Source: Nitriliruptorales bacterium | GTDB lineage: Bacteria; Actinomycetota; Nitriliruptoria; Euzebyales; JAHELV01 | NCBI GenBank assembly: GCA_024644015.1 | Contig: JAHELV010000003.1 | Location: 44,166 to 108,165 of the forward strand | Length of the DNA: 64,000 nucleotides | Direction: 5' to 3' | Shown here: piece by piece, positions 21,217-29,917 of the stretch | Layout of the letters: every line of letters starts with the position of its first letter | Numbering within the stretch: position 1 is the first letter of the stretch | Program-made: the position numbers and the translations under genes | Notes under the pieces: model-generated | Told to the model about the DNA's origin: nothing | What the model saw: the letters and a program-made list of their open reading frames with translations, nothing else | Databases searched by the model: none

Positions 21217-21708
21217 GTGGCTGAGATCGTCAAGACCTGCGTCAATCATCCCGATACCGAGACGAGGATCTCGTGTTCGACGTGCGGTGACCCGATCTGC
21301 ACACGCTGCATGCGCACTGCTGCGGTCGGTCAGAAATGCCCGCGCTGCGCGATGACGCCACGGTCTGCGCGCGCACGTGGCAAGCCCGAGCACTACGTGC
21401 GCGTGATCGCTGGTGGCGTGCCGGCGGCGCTGCTCGGCGGCGTCGTGTATGCGCAGCTGCTGGCCGCCGTCGGGTTCGGCGGGCTGATCCTGGCGGGCCT
21501 GCTCGGCTTCGCCATTGGACGCGTCGTCAAGTGGGGTGCGCGAGGCCAGAGCCAGCAGCCGTTCCGCGGGATCGCGATGGCGCTGGCGGCGGTCGCCATC
21601 GCCGTCGGCTTCATCGCCGCGTTCGGCAGCCTGTTGCCGTTGGGCGGCCTGATCATCCTCGCCTACCCGGTGGCGGTCTGGCTGTCACTGCGTGGACTGC
21701 AGAGCTAG
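21217..21708 (+). CDS. B-box-like zinc-finger membrane protein (hypothetical)
   Basis: 163 aa. N-terminus CVNHPDTETRISCSTCGDPICTRCMRTAAVGQKCPRC (8 Cys/His ligands) followed by about 4 hydrophobic helices. Confidence 0.6.
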   Translation: MAEIVKTCVNHPDTETRISCSTCGDPICTRCMRTAAVGQKCPRCAMTPRSARARGKPEHYVRVIAGGVPAALLGGVVYAQLLAAVGFGGLILAGLLGFAIGRVVKWGARGQSQQPFRGIAMALAAVAIAVGFIAAFGSLLPLGGLIILAYPVAVWLSLRGLQS

Positions 21709-21722
21709 GCGCTACGGGATGT

Positions 21723-22565
21723 CTAGCGGTTGGTCGAGATCATGCGGATCGGTGCGCACGTCGTTGGATCGAGCAGCACGATCTGACCGGCCTCCTCGTC
21801 GAGCAACACGGCAAGCGCGACGCGGCCGTCCTCGGCAATGAGGTCGACGGTCGATGCTTCCAGGTCGGCCACACAGGTCACGTCCGACGGTAGACCGGCG
21901 CGACGGCGCAGTCGCCGCTCGCGGGCTCCGAGGCTGACCGGCGGGTCCTGGAGCAGACGCTCGGCCCTCGCAGCGATCTCCGCGTCACCGTCCACGGCGG
22001 CCGGCGGCTTGATGACACGGCCCTGAGTGGCCTCCGCCGGCGGTTCGGCCTCCGCGGCGCCGTTGGCGGCCGCGTCGTTCTGGGCCGCCGGATCGGACAC
22101 CGCCGGCGGTTCGGCGTCCGCGGCGCCGGCCGCCTGCTCGACGGAATCTGCCGACCCGTCCGCGGACTCCTCGGCGCCCTGCTCGACAGTGCCCGGGATG
22201 ACCGACGCCAGGCCCACCACGACGACGAGCACGACCGCTGCGGCGGCCGCGAGCGGTGCGAGCCGTGGCGTCCACCGCGGGCGACGCCGCCGCACAACGG
22301 CGGCGGGTGTCTGCTCCTCGCGCTCCCGGATCAGCCGCGCCCGCAGCCGCTGCCGAGCGTCGTCGGGCATTTCAACCTGCGCCAGCCGCTGCAACTGGGC
22401 CCGGGTCGCCGCGAGCGCATCGAGCCGGGCCGCCAGGTCGGGGTCGAGCGCGAGCCTGCGCTCGAGCCGGGTCGTCGTGACGTCGTCGGTCTGGCCGTCG
22501 AGGTAGGCAGCCAGCAGTTCACCCTCGCCGAGGGCGTCGGTGTCATGCTCGCGGGCGTCACTCAT
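21723..22565 (-). CDS. Anti-sigma factor (single-pass membrane, RsmA-like position)
   Basis: Starts right after the sigma stop. N-terminus LLAAYLDGQTDDVTTTRLERRLALDPDLAARLDAL is an anti-sigma helical motif. TM segment LAPLAAAAAVVLVVVVGLASVI, then an extracytoplasmic Ala/Glu-rich domain. Confidence 0.6.
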   Translation of the reverse strand: MSDAREHDTDALGEGELLAAYLDGQTDDVTTTRLERRLALDPDLAARLDALAATRAQLQRLAQVEMPDDARQRLRARLIREREEQTPAAVVRRRRPRWTPRLAPLAAAAAVVLVVVVGLASVIPGTVEQGAEESADGSADSVEQAAGAADAEPPAVSDPAAQNDAAANGAAEAEPPAEATQGRVIKPPAAVDGDAEIAARAERLLQDPPVSLGARERRLRRRAGLPSDVTCVADLEASTVDLIAEDGRVALAVLLDEEAGQIVLLDPTTCAPIRMISTNR

Positions 22566-23162
22566 CTACGATTCGTCCTGCCCTGTTGGAGTGCGCCGAC
22601 CCCCGGTTTGGTTCCGAACGGGCTGCAGAATCTCGGCCAGGCGCGCGTGACCGCGGTGGACACGGGACTTGGCGGTGCCGACCGCCACCGATTGCATGTG
22701 GGCGATCTCCGTGTAGCTGGCACCGACGACGTCGCGCAGCACCACGGCGTGGCGTTGCGCGGCGTCCAGCTGCCGCAGCGCGTCGAGCAGCTGCGGCTGG
22801 AGCTCCGCGGCGGCGAGGCGGTCGAGTGCCGCCTGGTCGAACGGCTCACGTGACGGACGGCCCCGCTCGTCATCCAGCGGCACGGTGCGGGGCTGTCGTG
22901 CCTGACGGCGGGCGAGATCGTGGCAGGCGTTCGTGGCGACGCGGTACAGCCACGTCGACAAGGCCGCTTGACCACGGAACTTCGACAGGCCGCGGTAGCA
23001 GGCGATGAACGCTGCCTGCGCCGCGTCCTCGGCATCGTGGGCGTTGCCGAAGTACCGCCAGCAGATGGCGTACACGTGGTCGGCGTGCCGGTCCACGAGC
23101 TCGTCGAACGCCGCGTGGTCGCCTGCCCGCGCGCGGACCACGAGTTCATCGTCGTTCACCAT
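22566..23162 (-). CDS. ECF RNA polymerase sigma factor (SigM-like by context)
   Basis: 198 aa. Region 2 is FDELVDRHADHVYAICWRYFGNAHDAEDAAQAAFIACYRGLSKFRG...STWLYRVATNACHDLARR. Region 4 is LRDVVGASYTEIAHMQSVAVGTAKSRVHRGHARL. Confidence 0.9.
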   Translation of the reverse strand: MVNDDELVVRARAGDHAAFDELVDRHADHVYAICWRYFGNAHDAEDAAQAAFIACYRGLSKFRGQAALSTWLYRVATNACHDLARRQARQPRTVPLDDERGRPSREPFDQAALDRLAAAELQPQLLDALRQLDAAQRHAVVLRDVVGASYTEIAHMQSVAVGTAKSRVHRGHARLAEILQPVRNQTGGRRTPTGQDES

Positions 23163-23180
23163 GGCGTCGGCGGCCGCCTG

Positions 23181-24785
23181 TCAGGAGCGGATGCCCTCGA
23201 TCGAGACCTCGGAGAACGCGGCACTCCAACCACGGTCGTACTGTACGAGCGGCGCGATGATCCAGATCATCAGGTACTGCGTGTCGATCCGCTCGTTCTC
23301 GAACGTCATGACCGGTCGGCTGACCGAGCCTCGCACCTCTCCGACGGTCCGCCAGGCTTCCGGATCGGCAAGTGCTTCGTCGGCGACCCGGATGTCGTAG
23401 CTGATTCCCGGGCTCGGCGTCTCGAGCGTGAGCGCCGTCAGCTGCGCCGTTTCGCCGAGGTCGATGACGATCCCCAGCCCCTCCTTGAGGTTGCCGTAGT
23501 CCGCGGAGCTGTAGGTGTTCGTGCGCCATCGGGTTTCTGGGTCGGCGTCGACGAGATCGCTGAGCAGATCATCGTTCTCCGTCGGTGGCGAGCCGTCCGG
23601 GTCCAGCGTCGACAGACCCGCGATCTTGAGTTCCTGCGGCGTCACCGCCGGCGCCGAGGCTTCGTCGTTGCTGGTCGCGGTGAGGCTGGGAACGCCACGG
23701 ATCTCGAACACGCCCGTGGCGACACCGACGGCGGTCAGCAGCGCCGACAGCACCACCAGCGCGAGCACCGACGCCAGCCAGCGGCCCTCGCTGCGCAGGA
23801 ATGACCGACTGTTGATCGGCTGGGACAGGTACGGCGATTCGTCGGCCTCGGGGAGCGACTCGCCGCGCACGAGCATCTGTGTGGCCTGCGTCAGCACCTC
23901 GTCATCGCGCGCCCACGGCTCGAGCGCCTCGGCGAACGCACGGCAGTTCGGATGCCGGGCCTCGGGGTCGCGCGCCAGCGCATGCATCACGACGTCGTCG
24001 AGCTCGCGGGGCACGTCGGCGCGCAGCGACCGCAGAGGCAGCGGCTCATGGTCGAGCCGCTGCGCGGCGATGGCGACCGTCGACACCGCCGAGAACGGCT
24101 GCTGCCCACTGAGCGCTTCGTAGAGGACGCAGCCCAGCGAGTACTGGTCGGCGCGACCGTCGACCGTGCCGTCCTCGACCTGCTCCGGTGCGACGTACGC
24201 GGCGGTCCCCAGCACCATGCCGGTCCTGGTCAACTCGCTGCGTGTGTGCTCGACCTTGACGATGCCGAAGTCGGCGACCTTCACCGCGCCTTCCTGGCCG
24301 AGGAGGATGTTGGCTGGTTTCACATCCCGGTGCACCAGCGCGCGCTCGTGCGCGAAGTCGAGAGCGAATGCGACACGCATGCCGATGCTTGCGGCCAGGC
24401 CCGGTTCGAGGCAGCCGTACTGGACCATGACCTCACGCATCGTGACGCCCTGGACGAACTCCATGACGAGATAGACCCAGTCGCCGTCGCGTCCGGTGTC
24501 GTAGATCCCGACGATGCCGGGGTGTGCCAGCTTCGCCGCGGCGACGGCTTCCCGACGGAAGCGCTCACGAAAGTCACGGTCGTTCGACAGGTGTTTGTGG
24601 AGAAGCTTGACGGCGACGGTCCGCGCGAGCTTCTCGTCGTGGGCACGCCAGACGGTGGCCATGCCGCCGATGGCGATGCGCTCCTCGAGGAGGTAACGGT
24701 CGCTGAGCACGCGGGGAGGCAACGAGGGATCCGGCTCGGGACCTCCCCCGGTCAGGACCCCGGTGCGGTCGACGTCGTCGCTCAT
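23181..24785 (-). CDS. Ser/Thr protein kinase with TM helix and extracellular discoidin/CBM-like domain
   Basis: Hanks motifs are intact: IGGMATVW, VAVKLL, HRDVKPANILL, DFGIV, YVAPEQ. TM helix WLASVLALVVLSALLTAVGVATGVF. The C-terminal domain is NTYSSADYGNLKEGLGIVIDLGE...YLMIWI. Start ATG 24785 is preferred over the track start 24866. Confidence 0.9.
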   Translation of the reverse strand: MSDDVDRTGVLTGGGPEPDPSLPPRVLSDRYLLEERIAIGGMATVWRAHDEKLARTVAVKLLHKHLSNDRDFRERFRREAVAAAKLAHPGIVGIYDTGRDGDWVYLVMEFVQGVTMREVMVQYGCLEPGLAASIGMRVAFALDFAHERALVHRDVKPANILLGQEGAVKVADFGIVKVEHTRSELTRTGMVLGTAAYVAPEQVEDGTVDGRADQYSLGCVLYEALSGQQPFSAVSTVAIAAQRLDHEPLPLRSLRADVPRELDDVVMHALARDPEARHPNCRAFAEALEPWARDDEVLTQATQMLVRGESLPEADESPYLSQPINSRSFLRSEGRWLASVLALVVLSALLTAVGVATGVFEIRGVPSLTATSNDEASAPAVTPQELKIAGLSTLDPDGSPPTENDDLLSDLVDADPETRWRTNTYSSADYGNLKEGLGIVIDLGETAQLTALTLETPSPGISYDIRVADEALADPEAWRTVGEVRGSVSRPVMTFENERIDTQYLMIWIIAPLVQYDRGWSAAFSEVSIEGIRS

Positions 24786-24998
24786 GTCACGGGGTGCAGG
24801 CGCGCAACGGTGGGCCGGGCGCGCACGTCGGCTGCGTGGCAGGCGAGGGCGGTGGGCGGCGGACACGACGATCCAGGGCCTCGACCAGTGCTCGAACGCC
24901 CAATTGCATTCGGTTGCTCACTCCAGACCAACAGACCCGCTTGTGTGGCTGAACCAGTGACCGAGTCTACTTCGCGGGAGAACGGCGCAAATGCTTCC

Positions 24999-25391
24999 TC
25001 ACAGGCCCGACGGATGGAGCTCGGCCTGCTGGGTGATGGACATGTCGATACGTCGCCGCACCGGTGGGAGTTTGTCGAGTACGAGCACCGGCGGCGGCCG
25101 CCGCAGCGTCACCCACACCGCCTTGTTGTCCAGCGCTATCCGGTCGATCTGCACGTTGTCGACGTCGGCGACCTCGTTGGCGACCGCCGTCTCGACGACG
25201 GCCGCGGTCGGGGCGTCCCGCCAGGCGGCCGCGGCCGACTGCGCGGCGCGCTGACTGAGCTCGTCGAGCTGGAAGACGTTGACGACGATGGCGCTCAGAT
25301 CGAACGTGATGACGGCCAGGATCACCATCACGATTGCCAGGCGGGCAGCGGTGGTGAGCCGTGCCACGCCCCGCTCGGACGCGAGGTCCAT
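24999..25391 (-). CDS. Small N-terminally anchored membrane protein (hypothetical; faint TadE-like N-terminus)
   Basis: 130 aa: MDLASERGVARLTTAARLAIVMVILAVITFDLSAIVVNVF, then a soluble domain. Lies between murJ and the kinase on the same strand. Confidence 0.45.
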   Translation of the reverse strand: MDLASERGVARLTTAARLAIVMVILAVITFDLSAIVVNVFQLDELSQRAAQSAAAAWRDAPTAAVVETAVANEVADVDNVQIDRIALDNKAVWVTLRRPPPVLVLDKLPPVRRRIDMSITQQAELHPSGL

Positions 25392-25499
25392 GTGTCGACT
25401 CCCACAGAAGACGAAATCGGCGGTATGCGCGGCTCGTCGGCCGCTCGGGCGGTGGCGTAAGCCGTCTGGTCGCGCCGGATGGGCTATCGCGGCCGCCCG

Positions 25500-27314
25500 T
25501 CACCGCAGCGCGCGCGATGCCATCCGGCGCATGTCGGCGAGCTGTGGAAGGCCGAGCGCGGCTGCAACCGCCAGGTACGTCACACCGATCGCGGCGGCCG
25601 TGGCCGGAAGCAGCAACGGGAGGGGCTGCCCGCCGAGCAGCACGCGCGCACCCAACCCGGCCGCACCCGCGAGCACGCCGGCGAGGCTGGTGCGTGCGAG
25701 GAAGCCGCCGCCGATCCGCACGGCGATCGTGCGGCGCCGCGCCAGATACCGGCGCAGGAGACCGAACTCGATCCATGACGACGCCCCGGCGGCCAGTGCG
25801 AGTCCGACCGCCCCCAGGCGCAGCGCCTCGGTCGGATCGGTCGCGCGTTCCGCGGGTGGTAGAGGCATGAACGCCGGTAGGGTGCCCTGCACCGCGAAGC
25901 CGGCGTCGGTCAGCACGACGCGGTCGAACTGCAGCATGAGCACGGCGCCGACCACCGATGCGACGACCACACGCAGGATCGCGTACCGGGCCGGGGTCCT
26001 GGTGTCACCGCCGGCGTACAGCGCCGACTGCAGCAGCCGCGAGGAGGTGTTGGACAGCAGGCCGACGGTCGAGCCGAGCAGGACCAGCCACACCAGACGT
26101 GCCGCCAGCGGCAGCAGGACGACGTCGTAGAGCAGATCGCCCATGACGACGAAGACCGCGATCGTCGGCACGACGAAGAACGCGATGCGCGCCAACGTCG
26201 GCGCGAGCCTGTGTGCCACCGCCGCACGCTCGTGGATGTCAAGTGAGGACAATGCAGGCAGCTCTGATGCGGCGGCGCTCATGCCGAACAGGCTGATCGG
26301 CAGCAGCGCGAGCCGCGTCGCATACTCCAGCGCCGACACGGCGCCCACGGCGAGCAGGCTGGCCAGGGCGATGTCGATGTAGGTCATCACCTGGACGACA
26401 CCGCGACCGCCCACCACGGGCCAGAACGAGCGCACGGCCCTGCGCACACCCGCGAGTTGGACGTCGAGAGACAGTCGCAGCGGTCCGGCCGATCGCAGCA
26501 CTGCGGGAAGCTGCACCGCGAACTGCAGGACGCCACCCGCCACGACCCCCCACGCGAGCGCAACCGCCAGTTGCTCGAGAACCGCGTTCGGCGCGGTACC
26601 CGACACCACGTCACCGTCGGCGAGCAGCAGGGCAGCGACGACCACGACTGCGATCTGTGTCACGTTCCATATCACCGGAGCGACGTAGGACAGGAAGAAC
26701 CGCCGGTGGCTGTTCAGCACACCCAGGCACCACGCCGAGAGGACCAGGAAGCCGACCCCCGGAAACAGGATCCTGGTCAGCGACACGGTCAGTTCCAGGG
26801 TGCGGCCGGTGAATCCGATGGCGATCACCCGCGTGATCGGACCTGCCAGCAGGACTCCGATCAGCGTCAGGACTCCGGTCAGTGCGATCAACAGACCGGC
26901 GATGGCCCCGGCGACGCGTCCCGCTTCCTCCTGCCGTCCCTGCGCGAGCAGCCGGCTGTACACCGGGATGAACGACGCCGACAGCACCCCCTCACCGAGG
27001 AGGTTCTGCAACAGGTTGGGGATCCGCATGGCCGCCTGGAACGCGTCGGCGACCGCGCCCACCCCGAGGAACGTGGCGATGACCGCCGTGCGCGCGAGTC
27101 CGGAGATGCGCGACAGCAGGATTCCCGCGGCCACGAGGGCCGAGTTGCGTGACGAACGCCAGTCTTCCTGGGCCGGGTGCGCCTCCGTCGCTGCTCCGGG
27201 ATCGCTCACGCCGCCGGGCCGACGAGTCGGCTGCCGGGCACTGGTGGCGGAGCGTGCAACCGAGCAAGCATGTCGAGCAAGGATAATTCGCCCCGCAGAA
27301 CCCTCCGATATCAC
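25500..27314 (-). CDS. murJ: Lipid II flippase MurJ (MviN)
   Basis: NSALVAAGILLSRISGLARTAVIATFLG, followed by about 14 TM segments. Start uncertain: an alternative GTG at 27209 is more plausible than the track start 27314. Confidence 0.9.
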   Translation of the reverse strand: MISEGSAGRIILARHACSVARSATSARQPTRRPGGVSDPGAATEAHPAQEDWRSSRNSALVAAGILLSRISGLARTAVIATFLGVGAVADAFQAAMRIPNLLQNLLGEGVLSASFIPVYSRLLAQGRQEEAGRVAGAIAGLLIALTGVLTLIGVLLAGPITRVIAIGFTGRTLELTVSLTRILFPGVGFLVLSAWCLGVLNSHRRFFLSYVAPVIWNVTQIAVVVVAALLLADGDVVSGTAPNAVLEQLAVALAWGVVAGGVLQFAVQLPAVLRSAGPLRLSLDVQLAGVRRAVRSFWPVVGGRGVVQVMTYIDIALASLLAVGAVSALEYATRLALLPISLFGMSAAASELPALSSLDIHERAAVAHRLAPTLARIAFFVVPTIAVFVVMGDLLYDVVLLPLAARLVWLVLLGSTVGLLSNTSSRLLQSALYAGGDTRTPARYAILRVVVASVVGAVLMLQFDRVVLTDAGFAVQGTLPAFMPLPPAERATDPTEALRLGAVGLALAAGASSWIEFGLLRRYLARRRTIAVRIGGGFLARTSLAGVLAGAAGLGARVLLGGQPLPLLLPATAAAIGVTYLAVAAALGLPQLADMRRMASRALR

Positions 27315-27353
27315 GCGGGTCGGCCGACAGAACCTCGACGCCTGTGTCAGCCG

Positions 27354-28448
27354 ATGAGTGTGAGGACGATCGTGCCAGACCTAGTGGACTACATGCGACT
27401 GACCGAGCAGTGGGACGGCTCGGACCTGCATCTCAAGGCCGGCGGCCCGGCCTACATCCGGGTGTCGGGCACCCTCCGACAGGTCGACGCCCTGCCACAG
27501 CTCACTCCGCGGGACACCGCCGGGTTCGTGGAACAGATCCTTCCGGACAGCCAGCGCGAGAAGTACGAGCGCTGCGGCGAGGCTGACTTCGCCTATTCGG
27601 TTACCGGACTCGCCCGGTTTCGCGTCGCCGCGTTCCTGCAACGCGGCTCGGCCGGTCTGGTCCTGCGTCGCGTCCGCGACGGCAGCCAGACGCTGGACGA
27701 GTTGGAGTTGCCGGCAGCGGTGCGCGGGCTCGCGGAGGAGCACCGCGGTCTGGTGCTGGTCACCGGTCCGACGGGGTCCGGAAAGACCACCACCACGGCG
27801 GCGATGCTCGGCCACATCAACGCGACCCGGCGCTGCCACATCGTGACGATCGAAGATCCGATCGAGATCCTGCACCCCGACAACCTGGCCATCGTCGATC
27901 AGCGCGAGATCGGCGTCGACACGAACGACTTCCAGACAGCGATGCGGGCAGTTGCCCGGCAGGACCCTGACGTCATCTTCATCGGTGAGATGCGCGACAC
28001 CGAGACGGTCAGCGCCGCTCTGCAGGCGGCCGAGACCGGGCACCTGGTGCTGTCGACCCTGCACACGACGGATGCGGCGCAGACCGTCAACCGGGTCATC
28101 GACCTGTTCCCGCCGCACCAGCAGGAACAGACGCGGATCGCGCTCGCCGAGTCGCTGAAGGGCGTGGTCTCCCAGCGGTTGGTGCCGCGCATCGAAGGCG
28201 GGCTGGTCGCCGCCGTCGAGGTGTTGGTCATGAGCCTGCGGATGCGCGAGTTCGTGCTGGATTCGGACAAGACCGACCAGCTGCCGGACGCGATCGCCGA
28301 TGGCGAGTACTACGGCATGCAGACGTTCGACCAGCACCTCCTGACCCTGTTGAGCCAGGGTGAGATCGCGATGGAAGCGGCGTTGGACGCGGCAACGAGC
28401 CCGCACGACTTCCGCATCGCGGCCCGGGGCGTCGCCGTCGGCATGTGA
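27354..28448 (+). CDS. pilT: Type IV pilus retraction ATPase PilT family
   Basis: Start is the ATG at 27354 (MSVRTIVPDLVDYM). Walker A GPTGSGKTTT, Asp box IVTIEDPIE, Walker B DVIFIGEMRD, His box GHLVLSTLHT. The upstream 59 codons of the track ORF are an artefact. Confidence 0.9.
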   Translation: MSVRTIVPDLVDYMRLTEQWDGSDLHLKAGGPAYIRVSGTLRQVDALPQLTPRDTAGFVEQILPDSQREKYERCGEADFAYSVTGLARFRVAAFLQRGSAGLVLRRVRDGSQTLDELELPAAVRGLAEEHRGLVLVTGPTGSGKTTTTAAMLGHINATRRCHIVTIEDPIEILHPDNLAIVDQREIGVDTNDFQTAMRAVARQDPDVIFIGEMRDTETVSAALQAAETGHLVLSTLHTTDAAQTVNRVIDLFPPHQQEQTRIALAESLKGVVSQRLVPRIEGGLVAAVEVLVMSLRMREFVLDSDKTDQLPDAIADGEYYGMQTFDQHLLTLLSQGEIAMEAALDAATSPHDFRIAARGVAVGM

Positions 28449-28510
28449 CGGCCGTCCCGGGGGGCCCGGCTTGCGCAACGGGGTCCGGGCGCCGACTACC
28501 ATGGCGCACC

Positions 28511-29917
28511 ATGGCCGATGCCGACCACCAGCGCCAGCTCGCCGAGCTCGTCGCCGTCTACCCTGAAGCCGACGAGCTCGCGAGCCGCTTCTCCGCGGCT
28601 GGCCACGAGCTGTTCCTCGTCGGCGGCACGGTCCGTGACACGCTGCTGGGCGGCCGCTCCGATGGCGACCTGGATCTCGCGACGTCTGCGCGCCCCGAGC
28701 AGACCGAGCGGCTGCTGCGAGGCTGGGTCGATCGGATCTGGCTGACCGGAGCCCGGTTCGGGACCGTGAGCGCCAAGCGTGGCACGAGGACGTTCGAGGT
28801 CACTACCTTCAGGTCCGACAGCTACCAGGTCGGTTCGCGGCATCCCGAAGTCAGCTTCGGTGACGACATCACGACGGACCTGTCGCGCCGCGACTTCACG
28901 TGCAACGCGATGGCGGTCGACCTGGTGCACCGGCGGTTCGTCGATCCCTTCGGTGGGCTGGCGGACCTGCGGCGTGGGCGGCTGCGCACGCCGCTGGCGG
29001 CGGAGACCAGCTTCGGGGACGATCCACTGCGCATGGTGCGCATGGCCCGGTTCGCCGCTGTGCTCGACGTGGAGGTCGACGACGAGGCGCGCAAGGCCGC
29101 GACCGCCATGGCGACAGAGCTGGCGACCATCAGCCGGGAACGAATCCGCGACGAGCTCAGCAAGCTGATCGTCGCGCCCGCCGTCGCGCGCGGCCTGGAT
29201 CTGCTGTGCGAGACCGGCCTGGCCGACGAGTTCCTGCCGGAGCTGCCCGCACTACGGATGGAGGCTGACCCGGCACACCACCACAAGGACGTGTACGCGC
29301 ACACGCTCGCGGTCGTCGCGGGGTGCCCTGCCGAGGATCTGGTCCTCCGGCTCGCCGGGCTGCTCCACGACATCGGCAAGCCAGCGACCCGGCGTTTCGC
29401 GTCAGGTGGCAAAGTGACGTTCCACCATCACGAGGTCGTCGGCGCCAGGATGGCGCGGGCGCGCCTGAGCGAGTTGCGCTATCCCAAGCAGACGGTCGAA
29501 CAGGTCGGTCAGCTGGTGGCCCTGCATCTGCGCTTCCACGGCTACCGTGAACAGGGCTGGACCGACGCCGCCGTACGCCGCTACGTGCGTGACGCCGGCT
29601 CGCCGGACCAGCTGCGGCGCTTGAACCGGCTGACCCGCGCCGACGTGACGACGCAGAACCAACGCAAGGCGGACGCGCTGGGTCAGGCGATGGACGACCT
29701 CGAGCGTCGCATCGTCGAGTTGCAGCGCGAGGAGGAGCTGTCGGCGCTGCGACCCCCGCTCGACGGTCACCAGATCATGGAGCATCTCGGCGTCGAGCCG
29801 GGGCCGACCGTCGGACGCGCGTACAAGTACCTGTTGGAGGCACGGATCGAACGCGGACCGTTGAGTGCCGAGGAGGGCTACGCGTTGCTCGACGAGTGGG
29901 CACGCGACATCAGCTGA
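28511..29917 (+). CDS. cca: CCA tRNA nucleotidyltransferase / poly(A) polymerase family (PcnA-like) with HD domain
   Basis: LFLVGGTVRDTLLGGRSDGDLDLAT (GG...DxD), and HD-domain motifs HHHKDVYAHTLAV and LLHDIGKP. Start is the ATG at 28511. Confidence 0.9.
   Translation: MADADHQRQLAELVAVYPEADELASRFSAAGHELFLVGGTVRDTLLGGRSDGDLDLATSARPEQTERLLRGWVDRIWLTGARFGTVSAKRGTRTFEVTTFRSDSYQVGSRHPEVSFGDDITTDLSRRDFTCNAMAVDLVHRRFVDPFGGLADLRRGRLRTPLAAETSFGDDPLRMVRMARFAAVLDVEVDDEARKAATAMATELATISRERIRDELSKLIVAPAVARGLDLLCETGLADEFLPELPALRMEADPAHHHKDVYAHTLAVVAGCPAEDLVLRLAGLLHDIGKPATRRFASGGKVTFHHHEVVGARMARARLSELRYPKQTVEQVGQLVALHLRFHGYREQGWTDAAVRRYVRDAGSPDQLRRLNRLTRADVTTQNQRKADALGQAMDDLERRIVELQREEELSALRPPLDGHQIMEHLGVEPGPTVGRAYKYLLEARIERGPLSAEEGYALLDEWARDIS

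Noticed and set aside
20104-21393. N-terminal extensions of several track ORFs (trxB 429 aa, purF 561 aa, pilT 423 aa, sigma 337 aa, parA 384 aa, malQ 739 aa, HTH 278 aa)
   Set aside because: In each case a canonical family N-terminus begins at an internal start codon, and the upstream extension overlaps neighbouring genes or is low-complexity. The coordinates given in the features use the internal starts.
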